Shown: positions 61,366 to 64,000 of the stretch, one piece after another
Layout: each line of letters starts with the position of its first letter
Position numbering within the stretch: position 1 is the stretch's first letter
Origin: Phycisphaerae bacterium
GTDB lineage: Bacteria > Planctomycetota > Phycisphaerae > UBA1845 > Fen-1342
Direction: 5' to 3'
Assembly: GCA_050115495.1 (NCBI GenBank)
Contig: JASFQK010000025.1
Location: forward strand, 1 to 64,000
Length of the DNA stretch: 64,000 nt
Program-made: the position numbers and the translations under genes
The notes under the pieces: generated by a model
What the model was told of the DNA's origin: nothing
Seen by the model: only the letters and a program-made list of their open reading frames with translations
Database searches by the model: none

Positions 61366-62439
61366 ATGCCGTACCGCTGTCGGTTGCTTTGCTGTCTGTT
61401 GCCCGTCGTCGCTACCTGGCCCGCCCTCATCGGCTGCAACAGCAGCGCGCTGTACATCATCCAGCAGGGCTACGGCCAAGTCATGATCGTCACCCACACG
61501 GTGAGCATCGACGACGCCCTCGCCGGCGATACGCTCACCGCCGAGCAGCAGCGCAAGCTCACGCTCGTGACCGAGGCCCGCGACTTCGCCCGCGACGTCC
61601 TCGGGCTCAGCGTCGGCGACAGCTTCCAGGACTACCACGACACCGGCGGCGAGCCCGTCGCCTGGAACCTGTCGTCCGCCCGCCGCGACGCCCTCGTCTC
61701 GCGCGAGTGGTGGTTCCCGATCATCGGCGACATCGCCTACCTCGGCTTCTTCTCGCGTGACGACGCCGACCGCGCCGCGGAGCGCCTCGCCGACGCCGGC
61801 GAGGACACGTACATCTACGGCGTCGACGCCTACAGCACGCTCGGCTGGTTCCCCGACCCGGTGCACACACCGTTCCTGAACCGCAGCGACGGCTCGGTGG
61901 TCGAAACGGTCATCCACGAGCTCGCCCACAACACGATCTACGCCCCCGGCCAGAGCACGTTCAACGAAAGCCTGGCCACGTACATCGGCCGCCTCGGCGT
62001 GCAGCTCTTCTACGCTCAACAGGGCGACGCCGGCCAGGAGATCGTTACCGCCCTCGAGCGCACCTACGGCGACCAGGAGAAGATCACAGCCTGGATGACG
62101 CAGTTCGAGACCGACCTGCGGGCGTACTACGCGAGTGACCTGTCGTCCGAGGAAAAGATCGCCGGCCGTGAAGCCGTCTTCCAGGCCGCCCGCGACCGCT
62201 TCGTCGACGAGGTCCAGCCGCAACTGGCCGAACCGCAGCGCTACGCCGGCTGGGCCAACCTGCCGACCAATAACGCCTACGTCCTGCTCCACCGGCGATA
62301 TCACCTGGATCTCGACGTCTTCGCCGATCGCTATGCGGGCTGCGATGGAGACTTCGCCGCCTTCCTGAACGTGCTGCGTCAGGCGGCGGCGGCCGACGAC
62401 CCCTTCGCCGCCCTCCGCGAAGGCGCGGGTTCACCATAA
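61366..62439 (+). CDS. Putative zinc aminopeptidase lipoprotein (DUF2265-like)
   Basis: LIGC lipobox, WWFPIIG..YLGFF, AYSTLGWF.DP, HELAH, FNESLA. Confidence 0.88.
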   Translation: MPYRCRLLCCLLPVVATWPALIGCNSSALYIIQQGYGQVMIVTHTVSIDDALAGDTLTAEQQRKLTLVTEARDFARDVLGLSVGDSFQDYHDTGGEPVAWNLSSARRDALVSREWWFPIIGDIAYLGFFSRDDADRAAERLADAGEDTYIYGVDAYSTLGWFPDPVHTPFLNRSDGSVVETVIHELAHNTIYAPGQSTFNESLATYIGRLGVQLFYAQQGDAGQEIVTALERTYGDQEKITAWMTQFETDLRAYYASDLSSEEKIAGREAVFQAARDRFVDEVQPQLAEPQRYAGWANLPTNNAYVLLHRRYHLDLDVFADRYAGCDGDFAAFLNVLRQAAAADDPFAALREGAGSP

Positions 62440-62516
62440 GGGCGGCGAGGCATAAAATCCGACCGGAACGGGGACGGCCGACCGTCCACATGGAGTAAAC
62501 ACCGGAGGTATCCCGC

Positions 62517-64000
62517 GTGCGTCCGCGAACCGCTGGCCCAGGACTGGCACTTTCGCTCGCCCTCCTGCTCTGCGCCCTCGCGGCGCCAGCCGGCCACGCT
62601 CAACCCACCGTCTCCCTCGCGGTGGACAGCACCGACGCCTTCATCAACGAGCCTGTGACTGTCCTGCTCCGCATCTCGGATTTCGAAACCGCTGAACCGC
62701 CCATCTTCCCCGAGATTCCCAACGCGACGGTGAGCGGGCCGCAGGGGCCGATGGACTCATCGTTCACACTGGGCCTGAACAGGCGCAAGACCGTCTCGCG
62801 CACCCGTAGCTACACCTACGAGGTCACGCCGCAGGCCGCGGGCGAGCTGGTCATTCCGCCCGTGCAGGTCAAGGTCGACGGCCGCGTGCTCGAGACCGAG
62901 CCGGTGCACCTCCAGGTGCGCTCCAGCGACGCCGACGAGCTCATCTCCGTCGAGATCTCCTGCGACCGCCAGCGTCTCTACGTCGGCCAGCGCATCCGCG
63001 TCATCATGACCATCTGGATCAAGCCGTTCGTCTGGCGCAACCAGCCGCTCGGCGTGGACGACATGACCCGCTTGTTCGATCCCCGCGGCATGAACCTCGG
63101 CCCTTTCCCCGCCAACGTCAGCCACGACATCCGCCGCCTCGACGACGCCCAGGGCAACAGCCAGATTTACTACACGTACACGACCTCCGTCGATTACGTG
63201 CCGACGGTGCCCGGGACGCTGTCCTTCGACGACGTCGTCATCGGCTATCAGTATCCGACGCAGCTTGCCCGAGGTATCTTCGGACGCCTCGAAGTCCAGG
63301 CCGTCCGCCGCCTACGGGTCCGCCCCAAGGTCCAGCAGATCGAGGTCCTTCCCCTGCCCACGGGCGGCCGGCCCGACAACTTCACCGGCGCCGTCGGCAC
63401 CTTCGGCATCACCGCCTCCGCCGAGCCCACCACCGTCCGCGTCGGCGACCCGATCACGCTCACCGTCCAGATCCGCGGCTCCGGCGATCTCGACACGCTA
63501 CCGCCCCCCAACCTCAGCGCCGACCCCCGGCTCACCCAGTCCTTCCGCGTGCCCCGCGAGGAGCTCGCCGGCGAAGTCGTCGGCAGCTTCAAGCGCTTCA
63601 CGCAAGTCATCCGCGCCACGCGCGCCGACGTCGAGGAAATCCCCGCCATCGAGTATCCCTACTTCGACCCCGACCGCGGCATGTACGTCGTCGCCCTCAG
63701 CGCGCCGATCCCCGTCGCCGTCCTGCCCGCTGTCGAGCTCAGCACCGAGAGCCTCATCACTCCCTCCAAAGTCTCCGGCAAGGCGGGCGGCGGCGAGCTG
63801 CGCGCCCTCGACGGCCTTCGCGGCGATGAGACCCGCGAGAGCGTGCTGCTCCAGCCGGTGGCCGGCGTCTCCGTCCGCGACCTGGCTCTCGTCACCGCCG
63901 CCCCGCCGGGCGTCTTCGCCCTCGCCTGCGTCGCGACGCTCTACACGCAGTCGCGCAGCCCCGCGCAGCGCCGCCGACAGAAGGCCCTGCGTCGCGCACA
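62517..64000 (+). CDS. batD: BatD family protein, truncated by the window end
   Basis: Not in the ORF track. GGAGG then GTG at 62517, signal peptide ...AGHA|QPT, LYVGQ, PDNFTGAVGTF...VRVGDPITL, YPYFDP. Frame stays open to the edge. Confidence 0.85.
   Translation, partial: MRPRTAGPGLALSLALLLCALAAPAGHAQPTVSLAVDSTDAFINEPVTVLLRISDFETAEPPIFPEIPNATVSGPQGPMDSSFTLGLNRRKTVSRTRSYTYEVTPQAAGELVIPPVQVKVDGRVLETEPVHLQVRSSDADELISVEISCDRQRLYVGQRIRVIMTIWIKPFVWRNQPLGVDDMTRLFDPRGMNLGPFPANVSHDIRRLDDAQGNSQIYYTYTTSVDYVPTVPGTLSFDDVVIGYQYPTQLARGIFGRLEVQAVRRLRVRPKVQQIEVLPLPTGGRPDNFTGAVGTFGITASAEPTTVRVGDPITLTVQIRGSGDLDTLPPPNLSADPRLTQSFRVPREELAGEVVGSFKRFTQVIRATRADVEEIPAIEYPYFDPDRGMYVVALSAPIPVAVLPAVELSTESLITPSKVSGKAGGGELRALDGLRGDETRESVLLQPVAGVSVRDLALVTAAPPGVFALACVATLYTQSRSPAQRRRQKALRRA

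Overview
High-GC bacterial chromosomal window. The gene families (MoxR/DUF58/vWA, giant secretin, extended UvrA, CxxCGYDL membrane protein) suggest Planctomycetota, probably Phycisphaerae; this taxonomy is an inference. Left end: a divergent pair consisting of a truncated minus-strand gene behind a near-consensus sigma70 promoter with a ~410-nt structured leader, and a Cro/C1-type HTH gene. Next come ~1.7 kb of non-coding REP/BIME-like repeats and a moxR-DUF58-vWA operon interrupted by two accessory genes that sit between duplicated REP mosaics. The middle is housekeeping: rpmI-rplT, PPi-PFK, a three-cassette UvrA, gyrA, pyk, gatCA, rpmB, M24 peptidase, accBC, a degenerate SerA-like protein and a cyclophilin. 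The right part is a ~24-kb minus-strand type II secretion-like operon (gspF-G-H-I-J-K-L-M/C-D, a lipoprotein and an orphan mreD). Its secretin is ~4,300 aa with about 40 tandem periplasmic N-domain repeats, which is the most striking element here. The window ends with a DEAD-box helicase, a DUF6941-like gene, an aminopeptidase and a truncated BatD gene. All calls come from motif reading by eye; no database searches were run.
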